Source of the DNA: Vicinamibacteria bacterium
GTDB lineage: Bacteria; Acidobacteriota; Vicinamibacteria; Marinacidobacterales; Marinacidobacteraceae
Direction: 5' to 3'
NCBI GenBank assembly: GCA_963555995.3
Contig: OY821641.1
Span: forward strand, 2,816,001-2,880,000
Length of the DNA: 64,000 bases
The stretch's first letter is position 1. The number at the start of each line of letters is the position of its first letter. The notes under the pieces are model-generated. The model saw only the letters and a list, made by a program, of their open reading frames with translations. It made no database searches and had not been told where the DNA came from. Below are positions 22,425 to 31,373 of the stretch, piece by piece. Made by a program: the position numbers and the translations under genes.

Positions 22425-22469
22425 CAAGTCGTGTTTAGGGAAATCATGTTTAGACAAGTCGTGCTTGGA
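22425..22469. promoter_or_regulatory. Three 15-bp direct repeats immediately upstream of the ATPase gene
   Basis: CAAGTCGTGTTTAGG / GAAATCATGTTTAGA / CAAGTCGTGCTTGGA, an AT-rich island. Confidence 0.55.
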
Positions 22470-22603
22470 GAGCCTCCGGTGACCTCCGGAACGGCGCTTC
22501 CGGCGACGTCTCGCCCGCCGCCATCCGGCTCGCATACCCTTCCGTGCGCGGTGACGACGCGAGAACTCCTGGAACTGCCGCGGTGCGGAAGGCGTCCCGG
22601 CCG

Positions 22604-24049
22604 ATGAAGCGCGAGCGGATCGGACTCGTCCTCGGGCTGGCCCTGCTGGTCGGCATCGCCGTCGTCCCGATCCCGGGCATCCCCGACGAGGCGCGCCGGA
22701 TGCTGGCGGTGGCCGCGATCATGGCCACCTGGTGGGTCACCGAGGCGGCGCCGCTGGCGGTGACCTCCCTGTTGCCGCTGGCGCTTCTGCCGCCCTTCGG
22801 GATCACGAGCGCGGCGGGGGCGGCGGCGCCCTACGCGAACCACCTCGTGTACCTGTTCCTCGGGGGGTTCATGATCGCCCAGGCGATGCAGCGCTGGAAC
22901 CTGCACCGGCGGATCGCGCTCCGGACGGTGATGGCGATGGGCAGCTCGCCTCCCCGGCTGGTGCTCGGCTTCATGGTGGCGTCCGCGCTCTTGTCCATGT
23001 GGGTCTCCAACACCGCCACTACCGCGATGATGATGCCGATCGGCGTGGCCGTGATCGCGGAGATCTCGCGGGCGGTCCACGGGCCGAAGCGTCCCGCGCC
23101 GGGGGAGTTCCCCTTCGCGGTGTGCCTGATGCTCGGTTGCGCCTACGGCGCCTCGATCGGTGGGTTCTCCACCCTGATCGGCACGCCGCCGAACGTGTTC
23201 CTCGCGGGCTTCCTCAGCGAGCAACTGGACATCCAGATCAGCTTCGTGCGCTGGCTCGCCTTCGCGATGCCGCTGACCGTCCTGTTCCTTCCCCTGACCT
23301 GGCTCTGGCTCACCCGGGTCGCGTTTCCGATCCGGATCAAGGACATTCCCGGCGGCCGGGAGCCGGTCCGCGCCGCCTACCTAGCGCTCGGTCCACTCTC
23401 CACGCCGGAGAAACGGCTCTCCATCCTGTTCGGGGCCACCGCTCTCGCCTGGATGTTCCGCCCGGTCTGGACCGGGTTCCTGCCGACCGGCGGGCTCATC
23501 ACCGATTCCACCATCGCCATGGCGGCGACGGTCCTCGCCTTCCTCGTCCCGGCCGGGAACGGCTCCGGGGAACGCATCCTCAACTGGGAGTGGGGGGTGA
23601 AGATCCCGTGGGACGTACTGATCCTGATCGGCGGCGGTTTCTCGCTCGCGAACGGTCTGGAAGTGAGCGGGCTCTCGCAGTTCCTCGGCGACCGTCTCGC
23701 CGGCGCCTCGGCGCTGCCGCTGCCGCTCTTCGTGATCATGGTGGTGGTCTTCATCATCCTGCTGACGGAGCTGGCCTCGAACCTGGCCTCGACCGCGATG
23801 ATGGTTCCGATCCTGGCGGCTGTCGCCGCCGGCGCCGGAATCCCGCCGCTGATGCTGCTGCTTCCGGTAACGGTCGCCGCCTCCTGCGCGTTCATGCTGC
23901 CGGCGGCCACCCCGCCGAACGCCATCGTGTTCGGGACCGGTCACTTCACGATCCCCCAGATGGTGCGCGCCGGCATCGGGGTGAATCTCATCGGCGCGGT
24001 CCTCACCTGCCTGTTCGCGGTCTTCTGGGTACCGGTGGTGTTCGGGTAG
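22604..24049 (+). CDS. DASS/SLC13 family Na+:dicarboxylate or sulfate symporter
   Basis: WWVTEAAPL, SMWVSNTAT, IGTPPN, TELASN and AFMLPAATPPNAIVF. Confidence 0.9.
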   Translation: MKRERIGLVLGLALLVGIAVVPIPGIPDEARRMLAVAAIMATWWVTEAAPLAVTSLLPLALLPPFGITSAAGAAAPYANHLVYLFLGGFMIAQAMQRWNLHRRIALRTVMAMGSSPPRLVLGFMVASALLSMWVSNTATTAMMMPIGVAVIAEISRAVHGPKRPAPGEFPFAVCLMLGCAYGASIGGFSTLIGTPPNVFLAGFLSEQLDIQISFVRWLAFAMPLTVLFLPLTWLWLTRVAFPIRIKDIPGGREPVRAAYLALGPLSTPEKRLSILFGATALAWMFRPVWTGFLPTGGLITDSTIAMAATVLAFLVPAGNGSGERILNWEWGVKIPWDVLILIGGGFSLANGLEVSGLSQFLGDRLAGASALPLPLFVIMVVVFIILLTELASNLASTAMMVPILAAVAAGAGIPPLMLLLPVTVAASCAFMLPAATPPNAIVFGTGHFTIPQMVRAGIGVNLIGAVLTCLFAVFWVPVVFG

Positions 24050-24071
24050 CGACGACTAGCATTCCTCTTTC

Positions 24072-24755
24072 ATGGCCGCACCGCGCGAAGACCGTTTCAC
24101 CTCCCGGCTCTGGGCCGGGATCGAGCCGATCTACTCGGAGATCCTCCGCCACCCCTTCCTGGACGGGCTCGCGGACGGAACCCTGGACCGCCAGGTCTTC
24201 CGCTTCTACGTGATCGAGGACGCGCTCTACCTGCACGAGTTCGCGCGGGCGGTCGCCATCCTCGGCGGGAAGGCTCCGCACCCGGACATCACCGCGGCGC
24301 TCTGCGGCGACGCGGTGGCGACCATCGAGGCCGAGCGCGAACAACTCGGGCAGTTCCTGACCGAGCTGGGTGGCTCCCGCGAGGACCTCTTCTCCCGCCA
24401 GCCAGCGCCCACCAACCGCGCCTACACGAGCTATTTCCTCGCGCAGGTCCACGCGCAGCCCTTCCACGAGGGGCTCGCGGCGGTCCTGCCCTGCTACTGG
24501 ATCTACGCGGAAGTCGGCAAGGAACTGCTGCGTCGGCCGCCCTCCCCCGACCCGCTCTTCCAGCGCTGGATCGAAAGCTACGGCAGCGAGGAGTACGACG
24601 CGGTGGTGCAGCGGGTGGTGCAGCTCACCGACGACGTCGCCGAGGGTCTCGGCGCCGACGCCCACCGCGCGATGGCCCGGCACTTCGCCATGAGCTCCCG
24701 CTACGAGTGGATGTTCTGGGACATGGCCTGGCGCCAGGAAGCCTGGCCCCTGTAG
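24072..24755 (+). CDS. tenA: Thiaminase II / TenA family protein
   Basis: HPFLDGLADGTL, FYVIEDALYL, LPCYWIY and EWMFWDMAW. Confidence 0.9.
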   Translation: MAAPREDRFTSRLWAGIEPIYSEILRHPFLDGLADGTLDRQVFRFYVIEDALYLHEFARAVAILGGKAPHPDITAALCGDAVATIEAEREQLGQFLTELGGSREDLFSRQPAPTNRAYTSYFLAQVHAQPFHEGLAAVLPCYWIYAEVGKELLRRPPSPDPLFQRWIESYGSEEYDAVVQRVVQLTDDVAEGLGADAHRAMARHFAMSSRYEWMFWDMAWRQEAWPL

Positions 24756-24788
24756 CGGCGCGGTGACGCCCACCGTCCGCATGGCGCG

Positions 24789-24840
24789 CCGGCTTGGAAC
24801 GCCGGTCTCCAGACCGGCACCGCGGTGCTCCGCACCGCGC
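24789..24840. repeat. REP-like double hairpin (inverted orientation) between convergent genes
   Basis: CTTGGAACGCCGGTCTCCAGACCGGCAC followed by CGCGGTGC-TCC-GCACCGCG. Confidence 0.8.
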
Positions 24841-24861
24841 ACGGCGCGGTGTTGACCCGCC

Positions 24862-26223
24862 TCAGCGGATCCAGACCGTCTTCCGGTTGGTGAACTCGAT
24901 GAGGCCGTCCGGGCCCAGCTCGCGGCCGAAACCGCTGTCCTTGGTGCCGCCGAAGGGCACCCGGGGGTCCGACTTGGTGATGCCGTTCACGAAAACGGCG
25001 CCCGATTCGATCTGCGGCACGAGCCGTTCCGCGCGCCGCGGATCGGAAGTCCAGAGCGAAGACCCGAGTCCGTAGTTCGTCCGGTTGGCGATCTCCACCG
25101 CCTCGGCTTCGTCCGCGAACGGGATCACCGTCGCGACCGGCCCGAAGAGTTCCTCGTCGGTGGCGGGCGCTCCCGCCGGCGGCGCGGCCAGAATGCCGGT
25201 CGCGGAGAAGAACCCGCGTTCCGGCGCGGTTCCCCGGTGGAGGAGGTCCGTGCCGGCGCGGACCGACTGCGCGACCTGCTCCTCCAGACGGTCCCGGAGG
25301 TCTTCCCGGGCCAGCGGGCCGACCGCGGTCTCGGAGACGAGCGGATCGCCCACCACCGTTTCCCGGAACTGCGCTTCGAAGACCGACAGAAACGAATCCA
25401 GCACCGTCCGCTGCACGAGGAAGCGTTTGGCGGCGATGCAGCTCTGGCCCGAGTTGATGAGCCGCGCCCCCGCGCCCGCGGTGGCCGCCTCCTCCACGTC
25501 ACAGTCCTCGAACACGATGAAGGGATCGCTGCCGCCGAGCTCGGCGACCATCGGCTTGAGGTGGCGGCCCGCGACCGCGGCGACCTCGCTGCCGGCGCGG
25601 GAACTCCCGGTCAGCGTGACGCCCCGGATCCGCCGGTCGGCGATGCAGGAAGCCGCCTGCTCGTTCGTCAGGAAGAGGTTCTGGACGAGCCCTTCCGGAG
25701 CTCCCGCCTCCCGGTACAGCTCGACGATCCGGAGCGCGCACTGCGGCACCGACGGCGCGTGCTTCAGCAGCATCGTGTTTCCGGAGATGAAGTTGGGCGC
25801 GGATACCCGGATGACCTGCCACAGGGGGAAGTTCCAGGGCATGACCGCCAGGATCGGCCCGATGGGGTCGTAGCGGACGTAGGCGTCGCTGCCGTCGGAG
25901 GGGTAGCGGCGCGGCCGGAGCGACTCCTCCGCGGTCTCGGCGTAGTGCCGCGCGACCCACGCGCACTTCTGCGCTTCGGCCACTCCCTGGGCGAGCGGCT
26001 TCCCCATCTCGAGCGCCATGAGCGCCGCCAGGTCGTCCGCCTGCGCCTCGAGAAGATCGGCCAGGCGCTCGTTGACCGCGCATCGCTCCGAGAACGGGGT
26101 CCGGCGCCAGGCGCGGAACACGGCGTCGGCGCGGGACAGGGCGGCGTCCACCTCACGCTCGGCCGCCGTCGGGAACTCGGCCACCAGCTCCTCGGTGGCG
26201 GGATTCAGGGACCGGTAGAGCAT
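24862..26223 (-). CDS. NAD(P)-dependent succinate-semialdehyde dehydrogenase-like aldehyde dehydrogenase
   Basis: MPWNFP, TLTGS, ELGGSDPF, NSGQSCIA, EELFGPV and PFGGTKDSGFGRE; start MLYRSLNP overlaps the upstream stop. Confidence 0.9.
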   Translation of the reverse strand: MLYRSLNPATEELVAEFPTAAEREVDAALSRADAVFRAWRRTPFSERCAVNERLADLLEAQADDLAALMALEMGKPLAQGVAEAQKCAWVARHYAETAEESLRPRRYPSDGSDAYVRYDPIGPILAVMPWNFPLWQVIRVSAPNFISGNTMLLKHAPSVPQCALRIVELYREAGAPEGLVQNLFLTNEQAASCIADRRIRGVTLTGSSRAGSEVAAVAGRHLKPMVAELGGSDPFIVFEDCDVEEAATAGAGARLINSGQSCIAAKRFLVQRTVLDSFLSVFEAQFRETVVGDPLVSETAVGPLAREDLRDRLEEQVAQSVRAGTDLLHRGTAPERGFFSATGILAAPPAGAPATDEELFGPVATVIPFADEAEAVEIANRTNYGLGSSLWTSDPRRAERLVPQIESGAVFVNGITKSDPRVPFGGTKDSGFGRELGPDGLIEFTNRKTVWIR

Positions 26224-27425
26224 CAGCGGCTGCCGCCCGGCGGGTGAAGGCGGTTGTACTTCGCGCCGACCTCCAGCAGGTCCTCGATCGAGATGGCCTC
26301 CCGGGTGTTCCCGTTCCTGCCGGCGACCGTCGTGGCCTTGAGCATCGAGTTGTAGACGGCTTCCTCGGTAGCCTCGATCGCCGCCTGGAAGAGCGGCGAC
26401 AGCCGGTCGCCCCGGAGGACGGCCCCGTCGTCCACCGGAGACTCGCTCCGGAATCCGGTGCGGAGCGACTCCGCGGAGGAGAAGGCGATCACGAAGTCGC
26501 CGCTCCCGTGGGACGAGGTGGCCCCGGTGCGGGCGAGACCGAGCATGACCCGCCGCGCCAGCCGGGTGAGACCGAGCGAGCGGATCGGGGCGTCGGTCGC
26601 GACCACCATCATGATGGACCCGTCCGGGTTGTCGAGGGAGTCGCCGTCCGCCGCGCCGTCGCCGCCCCGCAACTGGTCCCGCAGGTAGTAGCGGTCCAGT
26701 TCCTCGCCGACCGGGATTCCGTCCATGACGAGAACGCCTCCGTAGTTGCTCTGGACCAGCGCCCCGACCGTGTAGCCGCCGAGACTCTCGGGCAATCGCC
26801 GCGAGGAGGTGCCGATCCCGCCCTTCCAGCCGAACGCGGACGTTCCCGTGCCGGCGCCCACCGCTCCTTCCGCCACCGGTCCCGCGGACGCGGTGCGGAT
26901 CGCCTCCAGCACGTGGTTTTCCTTCACGTGGAGTCCCCGGATGTCGTTGAGGAACCCGTCGTTGGTTTCGCCGACGAGCGGGTTCACCGAGCGCACGTTC
27001 TCGTTGCCGGGGAGGCCGAGGGTGTAGGTCACCACGGCGCGCGCCGCATCCCAGACCGACAGGGTGTTGGTCAGCACCACCGGGGTCTCGATGGTCCCGA
27101 GTTCCACGACCTGGGTGGACCCCGCCAGCTTGCCGAAGGCATTCCCGATATGGACGGCGCCCGGGACCTTCTCCTGAAAGACGTTGCCGGCGTGGGGCAG
27201 GATCGCGGTAACCCCGGTGCGGATGTGGTCCCCCTCCAACAGGGTCACCTGCCCGACGAGGACGCCGGGAACGTCGGTGATGGCGTTCAGCGGTCCGGGA
27301 TCGAGGACTCCCGGCGACAGGCCGATGTCCCGGGCCCGGGGGCGGGATTCGCCCTGCCCGAGGGCGAGCGGGACGGCGAGCAGGCAGGTGGCGAGGGCCG
27401 CCGGGATGCGGTGGACGTGTTTCAT
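26223..27425 (-). CDS. DmpA/P1 (S58) family aminopeptidase, secreted
   Basis: Signal peptide, NAITDVPGV, ETNDGFLNDI, GAGTG..FGWKGGIGTSSR, DGSI autoprocessing site and HGSGD. Confidence 0.88.
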   Translation of the reverse strand: MKHVHRIPAALATCLLAVPLALGQGESRPRARDIGLSPGVLDPGPLNAITDVPGVLVGQVTLLEGDHIRTGVTAILPHAGNVFQEKVPGAVHIGNAFGKLAGSTQVVELGTIETPVVLTNTLSVWDAARAVVTYTLGLPGNENVRSVNPLVGETNDGFLNDIRGLHVKENHVLEAIRTASAGPVAEGAVGAGTGTSAFGWKGGIGTSSRRLPESLGGYTVGALVQSNYGGVLVMDGIPVGEELDRYYLRDQLRGGDGAADGDSLDNPDGSIMMVVATDAPIRSLGLTRLARRVMLGLARTGATSSHGSGDFVIAFSSAESLRTGFRSESPVDDGAVLRGDRLSPLFQAAIEATEEAVYNSMLKATTVAGRNGNTREAISIEDLLEVGAKYNRLHPPGGSR

Positions 27426-27537
27426 CGGAACCTCCGGATTCGGGAGCCTCTGGGAAGAGCCCCGGAGGATACGGGAAGCGTTCGGCCTCTCGACAGCACG
27501 GAACATTCTCGACGCCGGGTTCGTAGGCCCCACCGTC

Positions 27538-28341
27538 ATGGTTCACCGGAATGCGTGCGGCCGCGGCTTGGGCCGCCGTCCTCTCGCACTGGTGTTCGGG
27601 GCGTTTGCCGTAGCCGGGTCCGCCAACTGCGCCGTCCCGTTCCAGACCGAGCCGAATGTCGAGGAAACGGAGACGTTCACCGAACCGTTCGCGGCGGGAG
27701 CGCTTCTGGATCTCAGAAACATCCACGGGCGCGTGGCGGTAACTTCGTGGGACCGGGACGAGGCGGAAATCGTGGCGCGGAAGGTGGGGCCGGGCAGCGC
27801 GGCGCTCGCGGACATCCGGATCGAGGTCAACCGTTCGTCGCGCGGACTCCAGGTCCGCACGCGCTACCCGAAAAAGGGCCGGATGTGGGGGCAGCGGTAC
27901 GGCAGCGTCCACTATTCCATCCGGCTGCCGGAGAGCGCCGACCTCAGGATCTCGACGGTCCACGGACCCGTCGAGGTGGCCGAGTTCGCGGGCGAGCTCG
28001 AGGCGCAGACGGTCAACGGTTCCCTCCGCCTGACGGGGCACCGGGGGAGCGTGAACGCCAAGACGGTCAACGGGCGGATCGATTGTGAACTCGAGAGCTT
28101 CGGCGAGGGCGAAAGCCTCTCGCTCCGTACCGTGAACGGCCGGGTCCGGTTGACCCTCGGGCCCGAAGCGAGAGGCCGGGTCGATGCACGGGCAATCAAC
28201 GGTCGAGTGATCATGGAGCTCGCCGATCTGGAGCATCTGGACACCCCCACCCGCCGCCACAAACGAGTGCAGGTGCGTGACGGTGGCGGCGAGTGCCGGG
28301 TGCGCACCGTGAACGGGACCATCCACGTCACGGACGACTAG
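27538..28341 (+). CDS. DUF4097-like beta-strand-repeat protein, probably exported
   Basis: Repeated TV(N/H)G motifs and a hydrophobic N-terminus ending in Cys. Confidence 0.7.
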   Translation: MVHRNACGRGLGRRPLALVFGAFAVAGSANCAVPFQTEPNVEETETFTEPFAAGALLDLRNIHGRVAVTSWDRDEAEIVARKVGPGSAALADIRIEVNRSSRGLQVRTRYPKKGRMWGQRYGSVHYSIRLPESADLRISTVHGPVEVAEFAGELEAQTVNGSLRLTGHRGSVNAKTVNGRIDCELESFGEGESLSLRTVNGRVRLTLGPEARGRVDARAINGRVIMELADLEHLDTPTRRHKRVQVRDGGGECRVRTVNGTIHVTDD

Positions 28342-28350
28342 CCAGGCGAG

Positions 28351-28537
28351 CTAGCAGCCTGTGGCAAAACCCACGCGGCGTTCGACGGGCGATGCATCCC
28401 GGCTGAACCGCGCCTCTACGAGGCGCTCATCGTTGCGTTTCGGTCGGAATACACCCGGTATTCCTCCCTCACGCGCCTTGTCAGCCGGGCGCCTCGCCCG
28501 TCTCGGCGCTCACGTGGGTTTCACCACAGACTGCTAG
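28351..28537 (-). mobile_element. 187-bp palindromic MITE-like element, copy A
   Basis: CTAG-CAGCCTGTGG...CCACAGACTG-CTAG ends; core is the reverse complement of the one in copies B, C and D. Confidence 0.75.
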
Positions 28538-28684
28538 GCGCGGAACCGGAGCTACCGCCTGACGCCCGGACCGATCCTTCCGGCAGCGGAACGGCTCGCA
28601 CGGAAGTGCCGGAGCGAGCGCCAGCAACCAGCAAGGGCGAACCCGCTGTCGCCCGGTCCGCCCACCGGGTATAAACCCCGCCCT

Positions 28685-29707
28685 ATGGTCCGACTCGTAC
28701 ACGCTGGCGCCGCCTCGCTCATTCTTGCCCTCGCTGCGCAGGCGGCGGCGCAACCGCCCCCGGAGGTCCACCTCATCGGCACCGGGGGCACCATCTCCGG
28801 GGGCGCGGGCGGGCCGCTGAACGCCGGCGACCTCCGCGCCGCGCTGCCGGGCCTCGATTCCGTGGCTTCCGTCACCACCGAGGACTTCGTCCGCATCGGA
28901 AGTTCCCGGATGCATCCGGAACTCCAGTTCCAGCTCGCGGAGCGGATCGGCGCGGTCTTCGCCGAGCGGCCGGAACTGGCCGGGATCGTGGTGACCCACG
29001 GCACCGACTCGCTCGAGGAGACCGCGTTCCTGCTGGACCTCGTGCTGCCGTCCGGTCGTCCGGTCGTGTTCGCCGCCGCCCAGCGCCCGCCCCGGTACGA
29101 GGACTCGGACGGGCCGCGCAACCTGCTCGACGCGATCCGGGTCGCCGGTTCGGAACGAGGTCGCGGCCTGGGCGTGCTCGTCGTCCTGAACGGCCAGGTC
29201 CACGCCGCGCGCGAGGTGAAGAAGACCCACTCCATTGCCCTTCACGCGTTCGCCTCCCCGGACACCGGGCCGGTCGGCGCGGTGGACGAGGGGACGCTGC
29301 TGCTCTTCACGACTCCGGCCCGCCGCCTCCACCTTCCCGCCGCGCGCGTCGAGCCGGAGGTGGAACTGGTGCGGCTCACCGCCGGCGGCGGCGCCACCTC
29401 GATTCGCGCGGCGGCCCAGGCTGGCGCCCGGGGCCTGGTCGTGGAGGTGTTCGGCCGCGGCAACGCACCGCCGCCGGTCGCCGAGGCGGTGGATGCGGCG
29501 ATTCAGGCCGGCGCGGTGGTGGTGTTCGTGACCCGCACCGGGGCCGGCCGGGTGGTGCTCTCGGACGCCCAGCGGGAGCGGGGAATCCTTTCCGGGGGGG
29601 ACCTCGACGGCCTGAAGGCCCGCATCCTGCTCACCGTGGCGCTCGGCGCTGGACGGACCGCCGAAGAGATCGGCGCAGCCTTCTCGAGGCTGTCGGGCGC
29701 CGGGTAA
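28685..29707 (+). CDS. L-asparaginase (type II-like, signal peptide)
   Basis: GTGGTISG and THGTDSLEETA motifs, SDGPRNL, N-terminal signal peptide. Confidence 0.9.
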   Translation: MVRLVHAGAASLILALAAQAAAQPPPEVHLIGTGGTISGGAGGPLNAGDLRAALPGLDSVASVTTEDFVRIGSSRMHPELQFQLAERIGAVFAERPELAGIVVTHGTDSLEETAFLLDLVLPSGRPVVFAAAQRPPRYEDSDGPRNLLDAIRVAGSERGRGLGVLVVLNGQVHAAREVKKTHSIALHAFASPDTGPVGAVDEGTLLLFTTPARRLHLPAARVEPEVELVRLTAGGGATSIRAAAQAGARGLVVEVFGRGNAPPPVAEAVDAAIQAGAVVVFVTRTGAGRVVLSDAQRERGILSGGDLDGLKARILLTVALGAGRTAEEIGAAFSRLSGAG

Positions 29708-29729
29708 CCGGGGGCTCCGCGGCGGTTGG

Positions 29730-30650
29730 TCAGCGGAGCACGAGGCGGAGGGGCGGCCCCTCCCCGCGGGAGAGAACGACGGCTTCCGACGGCTCGAGCG
29801 TGACGACGGTGTAGTCCCCGACCCGGTCGCCGACCGCGACCAGGGTGGTCTCTCCCCGGTAGAAGAGGGCGGCCCGGACGGGAGTGCCGACACCGACGTC
29901 CACGAAGCCGTGGAGCTCCGGAGTTTCGGAGCGCGGCTCGGGCGGCGAGGTGGCCGTGTCGGGAGGCCGGTCGGGCAGGTCTTCCACGCCGTGATCCACC
30001 GCGGGCCCCGGCTCCGCCTCGACCGGCCCGGCGGCGGCCAGGGAAGCCGCCGCGTCCGGCCCCGGAACCGTCTCCAGCCAGGCGGCCAGTGCCTCCAGCC
30101 GCGGATCGTCCCCCAGCCGGCCCGCGTCCGCCGCCGTGAACGCCGCCGCCGGATCCGGCCACAGGACGAGAACCGACGCGGTGAGCGTGCCGAGGCCGCC
30201 CCGGACCCCGAGGGTCGCCCGCTCGACGCGGAGCGGCCATCCCCTCCCCTCCACAGCGGCCAGGAACCGCGACAGCGCATCGGGATCGCCCAGCGCCGTG
30301 ACCCCCGCCTCGGCGCCCAGCTTGCCCTCCGGGGGACGAACCAGTGGCTGGAGCCGGAGCTGCGAGAGGTCCACCCCGCTCACGCCGGCCGTCCGCACCA
30401 GGAACTCGCGGGTCCCCGCGGCGCTCGTGGGTGGCGGGGCCCGGCCGGCGAGCCGCTCCGAGACCCGAAGCAGGCGTTCGCGCCGCTCGCGTTGTTGCGC
30501 CGTCTGGACGCTCTCCCGAGCCGACCGGGTCTGCAGGTCGAACGCCGCGGCCAGATCGGTCGAGGAGTGCCTCGCCTCGCCCCAGACGAGCCAGGCGAGC
30601 GAAACGGACAACAGCGCGAGCAGAACCCGGAGGCGGAGGCGTTGGTCCAT
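29730..30650 (-). CDS. Divergent PilO/GspM-like membrane protein with a PilP/GspC-like C-terminus
   Basis: N-terminal TM plus coiled coil, Pro/Ala linker and VAVGDRVGDYTVVTL beta domain; third gene of a pilM/N-like operon. Confidence 0.5.
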   Translation of the reverse strand: MDQRLRLRVLLALLSVSLAWLVWGEARHSSTDLAAAFDLQTRSARESVQTAQQRERRERLLRVSERLAGRAPPPTSAAGTREFLVRTAGVSGVDLSQLRLQPLVRPPEGKLGAEAGVTALGDPDALSRFLAAVEGRGWPLRVERATLGVRGGLGTLTASVLVLWPDPAAAFTAADAGRLGDDPRLEALAAWLETVPGPDAAASLAAAGPVEAEPGPAVDHGVEDLPDRPPDTATSPPEPRSETPELHGFVDVGVGTPVRAALFYRGETTLVAVGDRVGDYTVVTLEPSEAVVLSRGEGPPLRLVLR

Positions 30651-30651
30651 G

Positions 30652-30838
30652 TCAGCGGCCGATGGAGAGAGTGACGCGAGCACCGAGAGCGGCGAGGCGC
30701 CCGGCTGACAAGGCGCGTGAGGGAGGAATACCGAGTGTATTCCGACCGAAACGCAACGATGAGGGCCGCGAAGCGGCACCGTTCAGCCGGGATGCATCGG
30801 CGTTCGAATGCCGCGTGACTCTCTTCATCGGCTGCTTA
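30652..30838 (+). mobile_element. 187-bp palindromic MITE-like element, copy B
   Basis: Core GGCGCCCGGCTGACAAGGCGCGTGAGGGAGGAATACCGAGTGTATTCCGACCGAAACGCAACG; fills the space between the upstream stop and downstream ATG. Confidence 0.75.
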
Positions 30839-31372
30839 CCGGCGTATGGCGAGTTGAGCGGTGATGCGGACCAGCGCCGTTCCGTCCGTCTGCCGGGTTT
30901 CGCTGATGACCTCGGTCGAGAGCACGGAATCGTGGCCCGCCAGCTCGGAAAGGAAGGCGGCGACGGCCGCCGCCGAGTCGGCGTCGGCCGCGATGACCGT
31001 CTCGACCCGGCCCGGCCCGGCGGCGGGCCGAACTTCGACACCGGCGACCCGGATTCCGGGCGGGGCGGTTCCCCGCACCGTGTCGAGGGCGACGCTGATG
31101 TCGGGGGCGTCCAGCACTCCCGCGAAGAGGAGGGCGGCCGCCTCCCGAGCCCGGGCCGGCTCGAGCGCCGGCGCAGGGGCCGCGGTTCCCGGCGTGGAGG
31201 AGGCGCCGGGGCCGGAAGACCCGGTGGCCGCGAGGTCCGCCCGCGTTCCCAGGAGCGACGCGCCACCCCAGAAGGACATCAGGAGCCCTCCCACGATCAG
31301 CACGTCGAGGGCCCGCAGGAATCCCGGCCGGGCGCCCTTCCCGAGTTGAATGCCGGCCGGTATGCGAGCCAT
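30836..31372 (-). CDS. Divergent PilN-like protein
   Basis: One TM segment followed by a ferredoxin-like pattern (LDTVRGTAPPGIRVAGVEV...AAVAAFLSELAGHDSV). Confidence 0.5.
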   Translation of the reverse strand: MARIPAGIQLGKGARPGFLRALDVLIVGGLLMSFWGGASLLGTRADLAATGSSGPGASSTPGTAAPAPALEPARAREAAALLFAGVLDAPDISVALDTVRGTAPPGIRVAGVEVRPAAGPGRVETVIAADADSAAAVAAFLSELAGHDSVLSTEVISETRQTDGTALVRITAQLAIRR

Positions 31373-31373
31373 G

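Noticed and set aside
24862-28326. Apparent giant or fused ORFs in the track (1154 aa here, 847 aa at 7940, 703 aa at 38913, 502 aa at 49078)
   Set aside because: These are upstream open frames running through neighbouring genes; the real starts are internal and were re-called
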